DNA of 64,000 nucleotides. Source: Eledone cirrhosa (Eukaryota). Below, in pieces: positions 1-15,000 of the stretch. The notes under the pieces are model-generated. The model ran no database searches. It was given only the letters and a program-made list of their open reading frames with translations, and was not told the origin of the DNA. The DNA is taken from positions 20,956,001-21,020,000 of the forward strand of contig OZ024741.1 of assembly GCA_964016885.1 (NCBI GenBank), read 5' to 3'. Within the stretch, counting starts at the first letter, position 1. Each line of letters begins with the position of its first letter. A program made the position numbers and the translations under genes.

Positions 1-3000
1 TGGTCTTCACTCCCCAAGGTCCACCATCTAATTGGTTGTCTTAGCTGGTCTTCACTCCCCAAGGTCCACCATCTAATTGGTTGTCTTAGCTGGTCTTCAC
101 TCTGCAAGTTCCACCATCTAATTGGTTGTCTTAGCTGGTCTTCAGTCTCCAAGTTCCACCATCTAATTGGTTCTCATAGCTGGTCTTAACTCTCCAAGTT
201 CTACCATCTAATTGGTTGTCTTAGCTGGTCTTCACTCCCCAAGTTCCACCATCTAATTGGTTGTCTTAGCTAGACTTTATTCTCCAAGTTCCACCATCTA
301 ATTGGTTATCTTAGCTGGTCTTCATTCCCAAGTTCCACAATCTAATTGGTTGTCTCAGCTGGTCTTCACTCCCCAAGTTTCACCATCTAATTGGTTGTCT
401 TAGCTGGTCTTCACTCCCCAAGTTCCACCATCTAATTGGTTGTTTTAGCTGGTCTTCACTCCCCAAGTTTCACCATCTAATTGGTTGTCTTAGCTGGTCT
501 TCACTCCCCAAGGACCACCATCTAATTGGTTGTCTTAGATGGTCTTCACTCCCCAAGGTCCACCATCTAATTGGTTGTCTTAGCTGGTCTTTACTCCCCA
601 AGTTCCACCATCTGATTGGTTGTCTCAGCTGGGCTTCACTCCCCAATTCCACCATCTAATTGGTTGTCTTAACTGGACTTCAGTCCCCAATTTCCTCGAT
701 TTTGTTGGTTGTCTTAGCTGGTCTTCATTCCCAAGTTCCACAATTTAATTGGTTTATTAGCTGGTCTTCACTCCCCAAGTTCTACCATCTTATTGGTTGT
801 CTTACCTGGTCTTCACTCCCCAAGTTCCAACATCTAATTGGTTGTCTTAGTTGGTCTTCACTCCCCAGGTTCCACCATCTAATTGGTTGTCTTAGCTGTT
901 CTACATTCCCCAATTCCACCATCTAATCGGTTGTCTTAACTGGACTTCAGTCCTCAAGTTCCACCATCTATTTGGTTGTCTTAACTGGACTTCAGTCTTC
1001 AAGTTCCACCATCTAATTGGTTGTCTTAGCTGGACTTTATTCTCCAAGTTCCACCATCTAATTGGTTATCTTAGCCGGTCTTCATTCCCTAGTTCCACAA
1101 TCTAATTGGTTGTCTCAGCTGGTCTTCACTCCCCAAGTCCCACCATATAATTGGTTGTCTTAGCTGGTCTTCACTCCCCAAGTTCCACAATTTAATCGTT
1201 TTTTTTAGCTGGTCTTCACTCCCCAAGTTCTACCATCTTATTGGTTGTCTTACCTGGTCTTCACTCCCCAAGTTCCAACATCTAATTGGTTGTCTTAGCT
1301 GGTCTTCACTCCCCAGGTCCCACCATCTAATTGGTTGTCTTAGCTGTTCTACATTCCCCAATTCCACCATCTAATTGGTTGTCTTAACTGGACTTCAGTC
1401 CTCAAGTTCCACCATCTAATTGGATGTCTTAACTCGACTTCAGTCCTCAAGTTCCACCATCTAATTGGTTGTCTTAGCTGGACTTTATTCTCCAAGTTCC
1501 ACCATCTTATTGGTTATCTTAGCCGGTCTTCATTCCCTAGTTCCACAATCTAATTGGTTGTCTCAACTGGTCTTCACTCCCCAAGTCCCACCATCTAATT
1601 GGTTGCCTTAGCTGGTCTTCACTCCCCAAGTTCCACCATCTAATTGGTTGTTTTAGCTGGTCTTCACTCCCCAAGATCCACCATCTAATTGGTTGTCTTA
1701 GCTGGTCTTCACTCCCCAAGGTCCACCATCTAATTGGTTGTCTTAGCTGGTCTTCACTCCCGAAGGTCCACCATCTAATTGGTTGTCTTAGCTGGTCTTC
1801 ACTCCCGAAGGTCCACCATCTAATTGGTTGTCTTAGCTGGTCTTCACTCCCCAAGATCCACCATCTAATTGGTTGTTTTAGCTGGTCTTCACTCCCCAAG
1901 ATCCACCATCTAATTGGTTGTCTTAGCTGGTCTTCACTCCCGAAGGTCCACCATCTAATTGGTTGTCTTAGCTGGTCTTTACTCCCCAAGTTCCACCATC
2001 TGATTGGTCGTCTTAGCTGGTCTTCACTCCCCAAGGTCCACCATCTAATTGATTGTCTTAGCTGGTCTTCATCCCCAAGTTCCACCATCTAATTGGTTGT
2101 CTTAGCTGGTCTTTACTCCCCAAGTTCCACCATCTGATTGGTTGTCTTAGCTGATCTTCACTCTTCAAGTTGCACCATCTAATTGGTTGTCTCAGCTGGT
2201 CTTCACTCTCCAAGTTCCAATTTTTAATTGGGTGTCTTAGCTGGTCTTCACTCCCCAAGTTCCACCATCGAATTGGTTGTCTTAGCTGGTCTTCACTCTG
2301 CAAGTTCCACCATCTAATTGGTTGTCTTAGCTGGTCTTCAGTCTCCAACTTCCACCATCTAATTGGTTGTCTTAGCTGGTCTTCACTCCCCAAGGTCCAC
2401 CATCTAATTGATTGTCTTAGCTGGTCTTCACTCCCCAAGGTCCACCATCTAATTGGTTGTCTTAGCTGGTCTTCACTCCCCAAGGTCCACCATATAATTG
2501 GTTGTCTTAGCTGGTCTTCACTCCCCAAGGTCCACCATCTAATTGGTTGTCTTAGCTGGTCTTTACTGCCCAACTTCCACCATCTGATTGGTTGTCTTAG
2601 CTGGTCTTCACTCCCCAAGGTCCACCATCTAATTGATTGTCTTAGCAGGTCTTCACTCCCCAAGTTCCACCATCTAATTGGTTGTCTTAGCTGGACTTTA
2701 TTCTCCAAGTTCCACCATCTAATTGGTTGTCTTAGCTGGTCTTCACTCCCCAAGGACCACCATCTAATTGGTTGTCTTAGCTGGTCTTCACTCCCCAAGG
2801 TCCACCATCTAATTGGTTGTCTTAGCTGGTCTTTACTCCCCAAGTTCCACCTTCTAATTGGTTGTCTTAACTGGACTTCAGTCCCCAATTTCCTCGATTT
2901 TGTTGGTTGTCTTAGCTGTTCTTCATTCCCAAGTTCCACAATTTAATTGGTTTTTTTAGCTGGTCTTCACTCCCCAAGGACCACCATCTTATTGGTTGTC

Positions 3001-6000
3001 TTACCTGGTCTTCACTCCCCAAGTTCCAACATCTAATTGGTTGTCTTAGCTGGTCTTCACTCCCCAGGTTCCACCATCTAATTGGTTGTCTTAGCTGTTC
3101 TACATTCCCCAATTCCACCATCTAATTGGTTGTCTTAACTGGACTTCAGTCCTCAAGTTCCACCATCTAATTGGTTGTCTTAGCTGGACTTTATTCTCCA
3201 AGTTCCACCATCTAATTGGTTATCTTAGCCGGTCTTCATTCCCTAGTTCCACAATCTAATTGGTTGTCTCAGCTGGTCTTCACTCCCCAAGTTTCACCAT
3301 CTAATTGGTTGTCTTAGCTGGTCTTCACTCCCCAAGGTCCACCATCTAATTGATTGTCTTAGCTGGTCTTCACTCCCCAAGGTCCACCATCTAATTGGTT
3401 GTCTTAGCTGGTCTTCACTCCCCAAGGTCCACCATCTAATTGGTTGTCTTAGCTTGTCTTCACTCCCCAAGGTCCACCATCTAATTGGTTGTCTTAGCTG
3501 GTCTTTACTCCCAAAGTTCCACCATCTGATTGGTTGTCTTAGCTGGTCTTCACTCCCCAAGGTCCACCATCTAATTGATTGTCTTAGCTGGTCTTCATCC
3601 CCAAGTTCCACCATCTAATTGGTTGTCTTAGCTGGTCTTCACTCCCCAAGGTCCACCATCGAATTGGTTGTCTTAGCTGGTCTTCACTCTGCAAGTTCCA
3701 CCATCTAATTGGTTGTCTTAGCTGGTCTTCAGTCTCCAAGTTCTACCATCTAATTGGTTCTCTTAGCTGGTCTTAACTCTCCAAGTTCTACCATCTAATT
3801 GGTTGTCTTAGCTGGTCTTCACTCCCCAAGTTCCACCATCTAATTGGTTGTCTTAGCTGGACTTTATTCTCCAAGTTCCACCATCTAATTGGTTATCTTA
3901 GCTGGTCTTCATTCCCAAGTTCCACAATCTAATTGGTTGTCTCAGCTGGTCTTCACTCCCCAAGTTTCACCATCTAATTGGTTGTCTTAGCTGGTCTTCA
4001 CTCCCCAAGTTCCACCATCTAATTGGTTGTTTTAGCTGGTCTTCACTCCCCAAGTTTCACCATCTAATTGGTTGTCTTAGCTGGTCTTCACTCCCCAAGG
4101 TCCACCATCTAATTGGTTGTCTTAGCTGGTCTTTACTCCCCAGGTTCCACCATCTGATTGGTTGTCTTAGCTGGTCTTCACTCCCCAATTCCACCATCTA
4201 ATTGGTTGTCTTAACTGGACTTCAGTCCCCAATTTCCTCGATTTTGTTGGTTGTCTTAGCTGTTCTTCATTCCCAAGTTCCACAATTTAATTGGTTTTTT
4301 TAGCTGGTCTTCACTCCCCAAGGACCACCATCTTATTGGTTGTCTTACCTGGTCTTCACTCCCCAAGTTCCAACATCTAATTGGTTGTCTTAGCTGGTCT
4401 TCACTCCCCAGGTTCCACCATCTAATTGGTTGTCTTAGCTGTTCTACATTCCCCAATTCCACCATCTAATTGGTTGTCTTAACTGGACTTCAGTCCTCAA
4501 GTTCCACCATCTAATTGGTTGTCTTAGCTGGACTTTATTCTCCAATTTCCACCATCTAATTGGTTATCTTAGCCGGTCTTCATTCCCTAGTTCCACCATC
4601 TAATTGGTTGTCTCAGCTGGTCTTCACTCCCCAAGTTTCACCATCTAATTGGTTGTCTCAGCTGGTCTTCACTCCCCAAGTTCCACCATCTAATTGGTTG
4701 TCTCAGCTGGTCTTCACTCCCCAAGTTTCACCATCTAATTGGTTGTCTTAGCTGGTCTTCACTCCCCAAGTTCCACCATCTAATTGGTTGTTTTAGCTGG
4801 TCTTCACTCCCCAAGTTCCACCATCTAATTGGTTGTATTAGCTGGTCTTCACTCCCCAAGGTCCACCATCTAATTGATTGTCTTAGCTGGTCTTCACTCC
4901 CCAAGGTCCACCATCTAATTGGTTGTCTTAGCTGGTCTTCACTCCCCAAGGTCCACCATCTAATTGGTTGTCTTAGCTTGTCTTCACTCCCCAAGGTCCA
5001 CCATCTAATTGGTTGTCTTAGCTGGTCTTTACTCCCAAAGTTCCACCATCTGATTGGTTGTCTTAGCTGGTCTTCACTCCCCAAGGTCCACCATCTAATT
5101 GATTGTCTTAGCTGGTCTTCATCCCCAAGTTCCACCATCTAATTGGTTGTCTTAGCTGGTCTTCACTCCCCAAGGTCCACCATCGAATTGGTTGTCTTAG
5201 CTGGTCTTCACTCTGCAAGTTCCACCATCTAATTGGTTGTCTTAGCTGGTCTTCAGTCTCCAAGTTCTACCATCTAATTGGTTCTCTTAGCTGGTCTTAA
5301 CTCTCCAAGTTCTACCATCTAATTGGTTGTCTTAGCTGGTCTTCACTCCCCAAGTTCCACCATCTAATTGGTTGTCTTAGCTGGACTTTATTCTCCAAGT
5401 TCCACCATCTAATTGGTTATCTTAGCTGGTCTTCATTCCCAAGTTCCACAATCTAATTGGTTGTCTCAGCTGGTCTTCACTCCCCAAGTTTCACCATCTA
5501 ATTGGTTGTCTTAGCTGGTCTTCACTCCCCAAGTTCCACCATCTAATTGGTTGTTTTAGCTGGTCTTCACTCCCCAAGTTTCACCATCTAATTGGTTGTC
5601 TTAGCTGGTCTTCACTCCCCAAGGTCCACCATCTAATTGGTTGTCTTAGCTGGTCTTTACTCCCCAGGTTCCACCATCTGATTGGTTGTCTTAGCTGGTC
5701 TTCACTCCCCAATTCCACCATCTAATTGGTTGTCTTAACTGGACTTCAGTCCCCAATTTCCTCGATTTTGTTGGTTGTCTTAGCTGTTCTTCATTCCCAA
5801 GTTCCACAATTTAATTGGTTTTTTTCGCTGGTCTTCACTCCCCAAGTTCTACCATCTTATTGGTTGTCTTACCTGGTCTTCACTCCCCAAGTTCCAACAT
5901 CTAATTGGTTGTCTTAGCTAGTCTTCACTCCCCAGGTTCCACCATCTAATTGGTTGTCTTAGCTGTTCTACATTCCCCAATTCCACCATCTAATTGGTTG

Positions 6001-9000
6001 TCTTAACTGGACTTCAGTCCTCAAGTTCCACCATCTAATTGGTTGTCTTAACTGGACTTCAGTCCTCAAGTTCCACCATCTAATTGGTTGTCTTAGCTGG
6101 ACTTTATTCTCCAAGTTCCACGATCTAATTGGTTATCTTAGCCGGTCTTCATTCCCTAGTTCCACAATCTAATTGGTTGTCTCAGCTGGTCTTCACTCCC
6201 CAAGTTTCACCATCTAATTGGTTGTCTTAGCTGGTCTTCACTCCCCAAGTTCCACCATCTAATTGGTTGTTTTAGCTGGTCTTCACTCCCCAAGTTCCAC
6301 CATCTAATTGGTTGTCTTAGTTGGTCTTCACTCCCCAAGGTCCACCATCTAATTGATTGTCTTAGCTGGTCTTCACTCCCCAAGGTCCACCATCTAATTG
6401 GTTGTCTTAGCTGGTCTTCACTCCCCAAGGTCCACCATCTAATTGGTTGTTTTAGCTGGTCTTTACTCCCCAAGTTCCACCATCTGATTGGTTGTCTTAG
6501 CTGGTCTTAACTCTCCAAGTTCTACCATCTAATTGGTTGTCTTAGCTGGTCTTCACTCCCCAAGTTCCACCATCTAATTGGTTGTCTTAGCTGGACTTTA
6601 TTCTCCAAGTTCCACCATCTAATTGGTTGTCTTAGCTGGTCTTCACTCCCCAAGGACCACCATCTAATTGGTTGTCTTAGCTGGTCTTCACTCCCCAAGG
6701 TCCACCATCTAATTGGTTGTCTTAGCTGGTCTTTACTCCCCAAGTTCCACCATCTAATTGGTTGTCTTAACTGGACTTCAGTCCTCAATTTCCTCGATTT
6801 TGTTGGTTGTCTTAGCTGTTCTTCATTCCCAAGTTCCACAATTTAATTGGTTTTTTTAGCTGGTCTTTACTCCCCAAGTTCTACCATCTTATTGGTTGTC
6901 TTACCTGGTCTTCACTCCCCAAGTTCCAACATCTAATTGGTTGTCTTAGCTGGTCTTCACTCCCCAGGTTCCACCATCTAATTGGTTGTCTTAGCTGTTC
7001 TACATTCCCCAATTCCACCATCTAATTGGTTGTCTTAACTGGACTTCAGTCCTCAAGTTCCACCATCTAATTGGTTGTCTTAGCTGGACTTTATTCTCCA
7101 AGTTCCACCATCTAATTGGTTATCTTAGCCGGTCTTCATTCCCTAGTTCCACAATCTAATTGGTTGTCTCAGCTGGTCTTCACTCCCCAAGTTTCACCAT
7201 CTAATTGGTTGTCTTAGCTGGTCTTCACTCCCGAAGTTCCACCATCTAATTGGTTGTTTTAGCTGGTCTTCACTCCCCAAGTTCCACCATCTAATTGGTT
7301 GTCTTAGCTGGTCTTCACTCCCCAAGGTCCACCATCTAATTGATTGTCTTAGCTGGTCTTCACTCCCCAACGTCCACCATCTAATTGGTTGTCTTAGCTG
7401 GTCTTCACTCCCCAAGGTCCACCATCTAATTGGTTGTCTTAGCTGGTCTTCACTCCCCAAGGTCCACCATCTAATTGGTTGTCTTAGCTGGTCTTTACTC
7501 CCCAAGTTCCACCATCTGATTGGTTGTCTTAGCTGGTCTTCACTCCCCAAGGTCCACCATCTAATTGATTGTCTTAGCTGGTCTTCATCCCCAAGTTCCA
7601 CCATCTAATTGGTTGTCTTAGCTGGTCTTCACTCCCCAAGGTCCACCATCTAATTGGTTGTCTTAGCTGGTCTTTACTCCCCAAGTTCCACCATCTGATT
7701 GGTTGTCTTAGCTGATGTTCACTCTTCAAGTTGCACCATCTAATTGATTGTCTCAGCTGGTCTTCACTCTCCAAGTTCCAATTTTTAATTGGGTGACTTA
7801 GCTGGTCTTCACTCTCCAAGTTCCACCATCGAATTGGTTGTCTTAGCTGGTCTTCACTCTGCAAGTTCCACCATCTAATTGGTTGTCTTAGCTGGTCTTC
7901 AGTCTCCAAGTTCTACCATCTAATTGGTTCTCTTAGCTGGTCTTAACTCTCCAAGTTCTACCATCAAATTGGTTGTCTTAGCTGGTCTTCACTCCCCAAG
8001 TTCCACCATCTAATTGGTTGTCTTAGCTGGACTTTATTCTCCAAGTTCCACCATCTAATTGGTTATCTTAGCTGGTCTTCATTTCCAAGTTCCACAATCT
8101 AATTGGTTGTCTCAGCTGGTCTTCACTCCCCAAGTTTCACCATCTAATTGGTTGTCTTAACTGGTCTTCACTCCCCAAGTTCCACCATCTAATTGGTTGT
8201 TTTAGCTGGTCTTCACTCCCCAAGTTTCACCGTCTAATTGGTTGTCTTAGCTGGTCTTCACTCCCCAAGGTCCACCATCTAATTGGTTGTCTTAGCTGGT
8301 CTTTACTCCCCAAGTTCCACCATCTGATTGGTTGTCTTAGCTGGTCTTCACTCCCCAATTCCACCATCTAATTGGTTGTCTTAACTGGACTTCAGTCCCC
8401 AATTTCCTCGATTTTGTTGGTTGTCTTAGCTGTTCTTCATTCCCAAGTTCCACAATTTAATTGGTTTTTTTCGCTGGTCTTCACTCCCCAAGTTCTACCA
8501 TCTTATTGGTTGTCTTACCTGGTCTTCACTCCCCAAGTTCCAACATCTAATTGGTTGTCTTAGTTGGTCTTCACTCCCCAGGTTCCACCATCTAATTGGT
8601 TGTCTTAGCTGTTCTACATTCCCCAATTCCACCATCTAATTGGTTGTCTTAACTGGACTTCAGTCCTCAAGTTCCACCATCTAATTGGTTGTCTTAACTG
8701 GACTTCAGTCCTCAAGTTCCACCATCTAATTGGTTGTCTTAGCTGGACTTTATTCTCCAAGTTCCACGATCTAATTGGTTATCTTAGCCGGTCTTCATTC
8801 CCTAGTTCCACAATCTAATTGGTTGTCTCAGCTGGTCTTCACTCCCCAAGTTTCACCATCTAATTGGTTGTCTTAGCTGGTCTTCACTCCCCAAGTTCCA
8901 CCATCTAATTGGTTGTTTTAGCTGGTCTTCACTCCCCAAGTTCCACCATCTAATTGGTTGTCTTAGCTGGTCTTCACTCCCCAAGGTCCACCATCTAATT

Positions 9001-12000
9001 GATTGTCTTAGCTGGTCTTCACTCCCCAAGGTCCACCATCTAATTCGTTGTCTTAGCTGGTCTTCACTCCCCAAGGTCCACCATCTAATTGGTTGTCTTA
9101 GCTGGTCTTCACTCCCCAAGGTCCACCATCTAATTGGTTGTTTTAGCTGGTCTTTACTCCCCAAGTTCCACCATCTGATTGGTTGTCTTAGCTGGTCTTC
9201 ACTCCCCAAGGTCCACCATCTAATTGATTGTCTTAGCTGGTCTTCATCCCCAAGTTCCACCATCTAATTGGTTGTCTTAGCTGGTCTTTACTCCCCAAGT
9301 TCCACCATCTGATTGGTTGTCTTAGCTGATGTTCACTCTTCAAATTGCACCATCTAATTGGTTGTCTCAGCTGGTCTTCACTCTCCAAGTTCCAATTTTT
9401 AATTGGGTGTCTTAGCTGGTCTTCACTCCCCAAGTTCCACCATCGAATTGGTTTTCTTAGCTGGTCTTCACTCTGCATGTTCCACCATCTAATTGGTTGT
9501 CTTAGCTGGTCTTCAGTCTCCAAGTTCTACCATCTAATTGGTTCTCTTAGCTGGTCTTAACTCTCCAAGTTCTACCATCTAATTGGTTGTCTTAGCTGGT
9601 CTTCACTCCCCAAGTTCCACCATCTAATTGGTTGTCTTAGCTGGACTTTATTCTCCAAGTTCCACCATCTAATCTGTTATCTTAGCTGGTCTTCATTCCC
9701 AAGTTCCACAATCTAATTGGTTGTCTCAGCTGGTCTTCACTCCCCAAGTTTCACCATCTAATTGGTTGTCTTAGCTGGTCTTCACTCCCCAAGTTCCACC
9801 ATCTAATTGGTTGTTTTAGCTGGTCTTCACTCCCCAAGTTTCACCATCTAATTGGTTGTCTTAGCTGGCCTTCACTCCCCAAGTTCCACCATCTAATTGG
9901 TTGTTTAGCTGGTCTTCACTCCCCAAGTTCCACCATCTAATTGGTTGTCTTAGCTGGTCTTCACTCCCCAAGTTCCACCATCTAATTGGTTGTCTTAGCT
10001 GGTCTTCACTCCCCAATTCCACCATCTAATTGGTTGTTTTAGCTGGTCTTCACTCCCCAAGTTCCACCATCTAATTGGTTGTCTTAGCTGGTCTTCACTC
10101 CCCAAGGTCCACCATCTAATTGATTGTCTTAGCTGGTCTTCACTCCCCAAGGTCCACCATCTAATTCGTTGTCTTAGCTGGTCTTCACTCCCCAAGGTCC
10201 ACCATCTAATTGGTTGTCTTAGCTGGTCTTCACTCCCCAAGGTCCACCATCTAATTGGTTGTTTTAGCTGGTCTTTACTCCCCAAGTTCCACCATCTGAT
10301 TGGTTGTCTTAGCTGGTCTTCACTCCCCAAGGTCCACCATCTAATTGATTGTCTTAGCTGGTCTTCATCCCCAAGTTCCACCATCTAATTGGTTGTCTTA
10401 GCTGGTCTTTACTCCCCAAGTTCCACCATCTGATTGGTTGTCTTAGCTGATGTTCACTCTTCAAATTGCACCATCTAATTGGTTGTCTCAGCTGGTCTTC
10501 ACTCTCCAAGTTCCAATTTTTAATTGGGTGTCTTAGCTGGTCTTCACTCCCCAAGTTCCACCATCGAATTGGTTTTCTTACCTGGTCTTCACTCTGCATG
10601 TTCCACCATCTAATTGGTTGTCTTAGCTGGTCTTCAGTCTCCAAGTTCTACCATCTAATTGGTTCTCTTAGCTGGTCTTAACTCTCCAAGTTCTACCATC
10701 TAATTGGTTGTCTTAGCTGGTCTTCACTCCCCAAGTTCCACCATCTAATTGGTTGTCTTAGCTGGACTTTATTCTCCAAGTTCCACCATCTAATCTGTTA
10801 TCTTAGCTGGTCTTCATTCCCAAGTTCCACAATCTAATTGGTTGTCTCAGCTGGTCTTCACTCCCCAAGTTTCACCATCTAATTGGTTGTCTTAGCTGGT
10901 CTTCACTCCCCAAGTTCCACCATCTAATTGGTTGTTTTAGCTGGTCTTCACTCCCCAAGTTTCACCATCTAATTGGTTGTCTTAGCTGGCCTTCACTCCC
11001 CAAGTTCCACCATCTAATTGGTTGTTTAGCTGGTCTTCACTCCCCAAGTTCCACCATCTAATTGGTTGTCTTAGCTGGTCTTCACTCCCCAAGTTCCACC
11101 ATCTAATTGGTTGTCTTAGCTGGTCTTCACTCCCCAATTCCACCATCTAATTGGTTGTTTTAGCTGGTCTTCACTCCCCAAGTTCCACCATCTAATTGGT
11201 TGTCTTAGCTGGTCTTCACTCCCCAAGGTCCACCATCTAATTGATTGTCTTAGCTGGTCTTCACTCCCCAAGGTCCACCATCTAATTGGTTGTCTTAGCT
11301 GGTCTTCACTCCCCAAGGTCCACCATCTAATTGGTTGTCTTAGCTGGTCTTCACTCCCCAAGGTCCACCATCTAATTGGTTGTCTTAGCTGGTCTTTACT
11401 CCCCAAGTTCCACCATCTGATTGGTTGTCTTAACTGGTCTTCACTCCCCAAGGTCCACCATCTAATTGATTGTCTTAGCTGGTCTTCATCCCCAAGTTCC
11501 ACCATCTAATTGGTTGTCTTAGCTGGTCTTTACTCCCCAAGTTCCACCATCTGATTGGTTGTCTTAGCTGGTCTTCACTCCCCAAGGTCCACCATCTAAT
11601 TGGTTGTCTTAGCTGGTCTTCAGTCTCCAAGTTCTACCATCTAATTGGTTCTCTTAGCTGGTCTTAACTATCCAAGTTCTACCATCTAATTGGTTGTCTT
11701 AGCTGGTCTTCACTCCCCAAGTTCCACCATATAATTGGTTGTCTTAGCTGGACTTTATTCTCCAAGTTCCACCATCTAATCTGTTATCTTAGCTGGTCTT
11801 CATTCCCAAGTTCCACAATCTAATTGGTTGTCTCAGCTGGTCTTCACTCCCCAAGTTTCACCATCTAATTGGTTGTCTTAGCTGGTCTTCACTCACCAAG
11901 TTCCACCATCTAATTGGTTGTTTTAGCTGGTCTTCACTCCCCAAGTTTCACCATCTAATTGGTTGTCTTAGCTGGTCTTCACTCCCCAAGTTCCACCATC

Positions 12001-15000
12001 TAATTGGTTGTTTTAGCTGGTCTTCACTCCCCAAGTTTCACCATCTAATTGGTTGTCTTAGCTGGTCTTCACTCCCCAAGGACCACCATCTAATTGGTTG
12101 TCTTAGCTGGTCTTCACTCCCCAAGGACCACCATCTAATTGGTTGTCTTAGCTGGTCTTTACTCCCCAAGTTCCACCATCTGATTGGTTGTCTTAGCTGG
12201 TCTTCACTCCCCAATTCCACCATCTAATTGGTTGTCTTAACTGGACTTCAGTCCCCAATTTCCTCGATTTTGTTGGTTGTCTTAGCTGTTCTTCATTCCC
12301 AAGTTCCACAATTTAATTGGTTTTTTTCGCTGGTCTTCACTCCCCAAGTTCTACCATCTTATTGGTTGTCTTACCTGGTCTTCACTCCCCAAGTTCCAAC
12401 ATCTAATTGGTTGTCTTAGCTGGTCTTCACTCCCCAGGTTCCACCATCTAATTGGTTGTCTTAGCTGTTCTACATTCCCCAATTCCACCATCTAATTGGT
12501 TGTCTTAACTGGACTTCAGTCCTCAAGTTCCACCATCTAATTGGTTGTCTTAACTGGACTTCAGTCCTCAAGTTCCACCATCTAATTGGTTGTCTTAGCT
12601 GGACTTTATTCTCCAAGTTCCACGATCTAATTGGTTATCTTAGCCGGTCTTCATTCCCTAGTTCCACAATCTAATTGGTTGTCTCAGCTGGTCTTCACTC
12701 TCCAAGTTCCAATTTTTAATTGGGTGTCTTAGCTGGTCTTCACTCCCCAAGTTCCACCATCGAATTGGTTTTCTTAGCTGGTCTTCACTCTGCATGTTCC
12801 ACCATCTAATTGGTTGTCTTAGCTGGTCTTCAGTCTCCAAGTTCTACCATCTAATTGGTTCTCTTAGCTGGTCTTAACTCTCCAAGTTCTACCATCTAAT
12901 TGGTTGTCTTAGCTGGTCTTCACTCCCCAAGTTCCACCATCTAATTGGTTGTCTTAGCTGGACTTTATTCTCCAAGTTCCACCATCTAATCTGTTATCTT
13001 AGCTGGTCTTCATTCCCAAGTTCCACAATCTAATTGGTTGTCTCAGCTGGTCTTCACTCCCCAAGTTTCACCATCTAATTGGTTGTCTTAGCTGGTCTTC
13101 ACTCCCCAAGTTCCACCATCTAATTGGTTGTTTTAGCTGGTCTTCACTCCCCAAGTTTCACCATCTAATTGGTTGTCTTAGCTGGCCTTCACTCCCCAAG
13201 TTCCACCATCTAATTGGTTGTTTAGCTGGTCTTCACTCCCCAAGTTCCACCATCTAATTGGTTGTCTTAGCTGGTCTTCACTCCCCAAGTTCCACCATCT
13301 AATTGGTTGTCTTAGCTGGTCTTCACTCCCCAATTCCACCATCTAATTGGTTGTTTTAGCTGGTCTTCACTCCCCAAGTTCCACCATCTAATTGGTTGTC
13401 TTAGCTGGTCTTCACTCCCCAAGGTCCACCATCTAATTGATTGTCTTAGCTGGTCTTCACTCCCCAAGGTCCACCATCTAATTCGTTGTCTTAGCTGGTC
13501 TTCACTCCCCAAGGTCCACCATCTAATTGGTTGTCTTAGCTGGTCTTCACTCCCCAAGGTCCACCATCTAATTGGTTGTTTTAGCTGGTCTTTACTCCCC
13601 AAGTTCCACCATCTGATTGGTTGTCTTAGCTGGTCTTCACTCCCCAAGGTCCACCATCTAATTGATTGTCTTAGCTGGTCTTCATCCCCAAGTTCCACCA
13701 TCTAATTGGTTGTCTTAGCTGGTCTTTACTCCCCAAGTTCCACCATCTGATTGGTTGTCTTAGCTGATGTTCACTCTTCAAATTGCACCATCTAATTGGT
13801 TGTCTCAGCTGGTCTTCACTCTCCAAGTTCCAATTTTTAATTGGGTGTCTTAGCTGGTCTTCACTCCCCAAGTTCCACCATCGAATTGGTTTTCTTACCT
13901 GGTCTTCACTCTGCATGTTCCACCATCTAATTGGTTGTCTTAGCTGGTCTTCAGTCTCCAAGTTCTACCATCTAATTGGTTCTCTTAGCTGGTCTTAACT
14001 CTCCAAGTTCTACCATCTAATTGGTTGTCTTAGCTGGTCTTCACTCCCCAAGTTCCACCATCTAATTGGTTGTCTTAGCTGGACTTTATTCTCCAAGTTC
14101 CACCATCTAATCTGTTATCTTAGCTGGTCTTCATTCCCAAGTTCCACAATCTAATTGGTTGTCTCAGCTGGTCTTCACTCCCCAAGTTTCACCATCTAAT
14201 TGGTTGTCTTAGCTGGTCTTCACTCCCCAAGTTCCACCATCTAATTGGTTGTTTTAGCTGGTCTTCACTCCCCAAGTTTCACCATCTAATTGGTTGTCTT
14301 AGCTGGCCTTCACTCCCCAAGTTCCACCATCTAATTGGTTGTTTAGCTGGTCTTCACTCCCCAAGTTCCACCATCTAATTGGTTGTCTTAGCTGGTCTTC
14401 ACTCCCCAAGTTCCACCATCTAATTGGTTGTCTTAGCTGGTCTTCACTCCCCAATTCCACCATCTAATTGGTTGTTTTAGCTGGTCTTCACTCCCCAAGT
14501 TCCACCATCTAATTGGTTGTCTTAGCTGGTCTTCACTCCCCAAGGTCCACCATCTAATTGATTGTCTTAGCTGGTCTTCACTCCCCAAGGTCCACCATCT
14601 AATTGGTTGTCTTAGCTGGTCTTCACTCCCCAAGGTCCACCATCTAATTGGTTGTCTTAGCTGGTCTTCACTCCCCAAGGTCCACCATCTAATTGGTTGT
14701 CTTAGCTGGTCTTTACTCCCCAAGTTCCACCATCTGATTGGTTGTCTTAACTGGTCTTCACTCCCCAAGGTCCACCATCTAATTGATTGTCTTAGCTGGT
14801 CTTCATCCCCAAGTTCCACCATCTAATTGGTTGTCTTAGCTGGTCTTTACTCCCCAAGTTCCACCATCTGATTGGTTGTCTTAGCTGGTCTTCACTCCCC
14901 AAGGTCCACCATCTAATTGGTTGTCTTAGCTGGTCTTCAGTCTCCAAGTTCTACCATCTAATTGGTTCTCTTAGCTGGTCTTAACTATCCAAGTTCTACC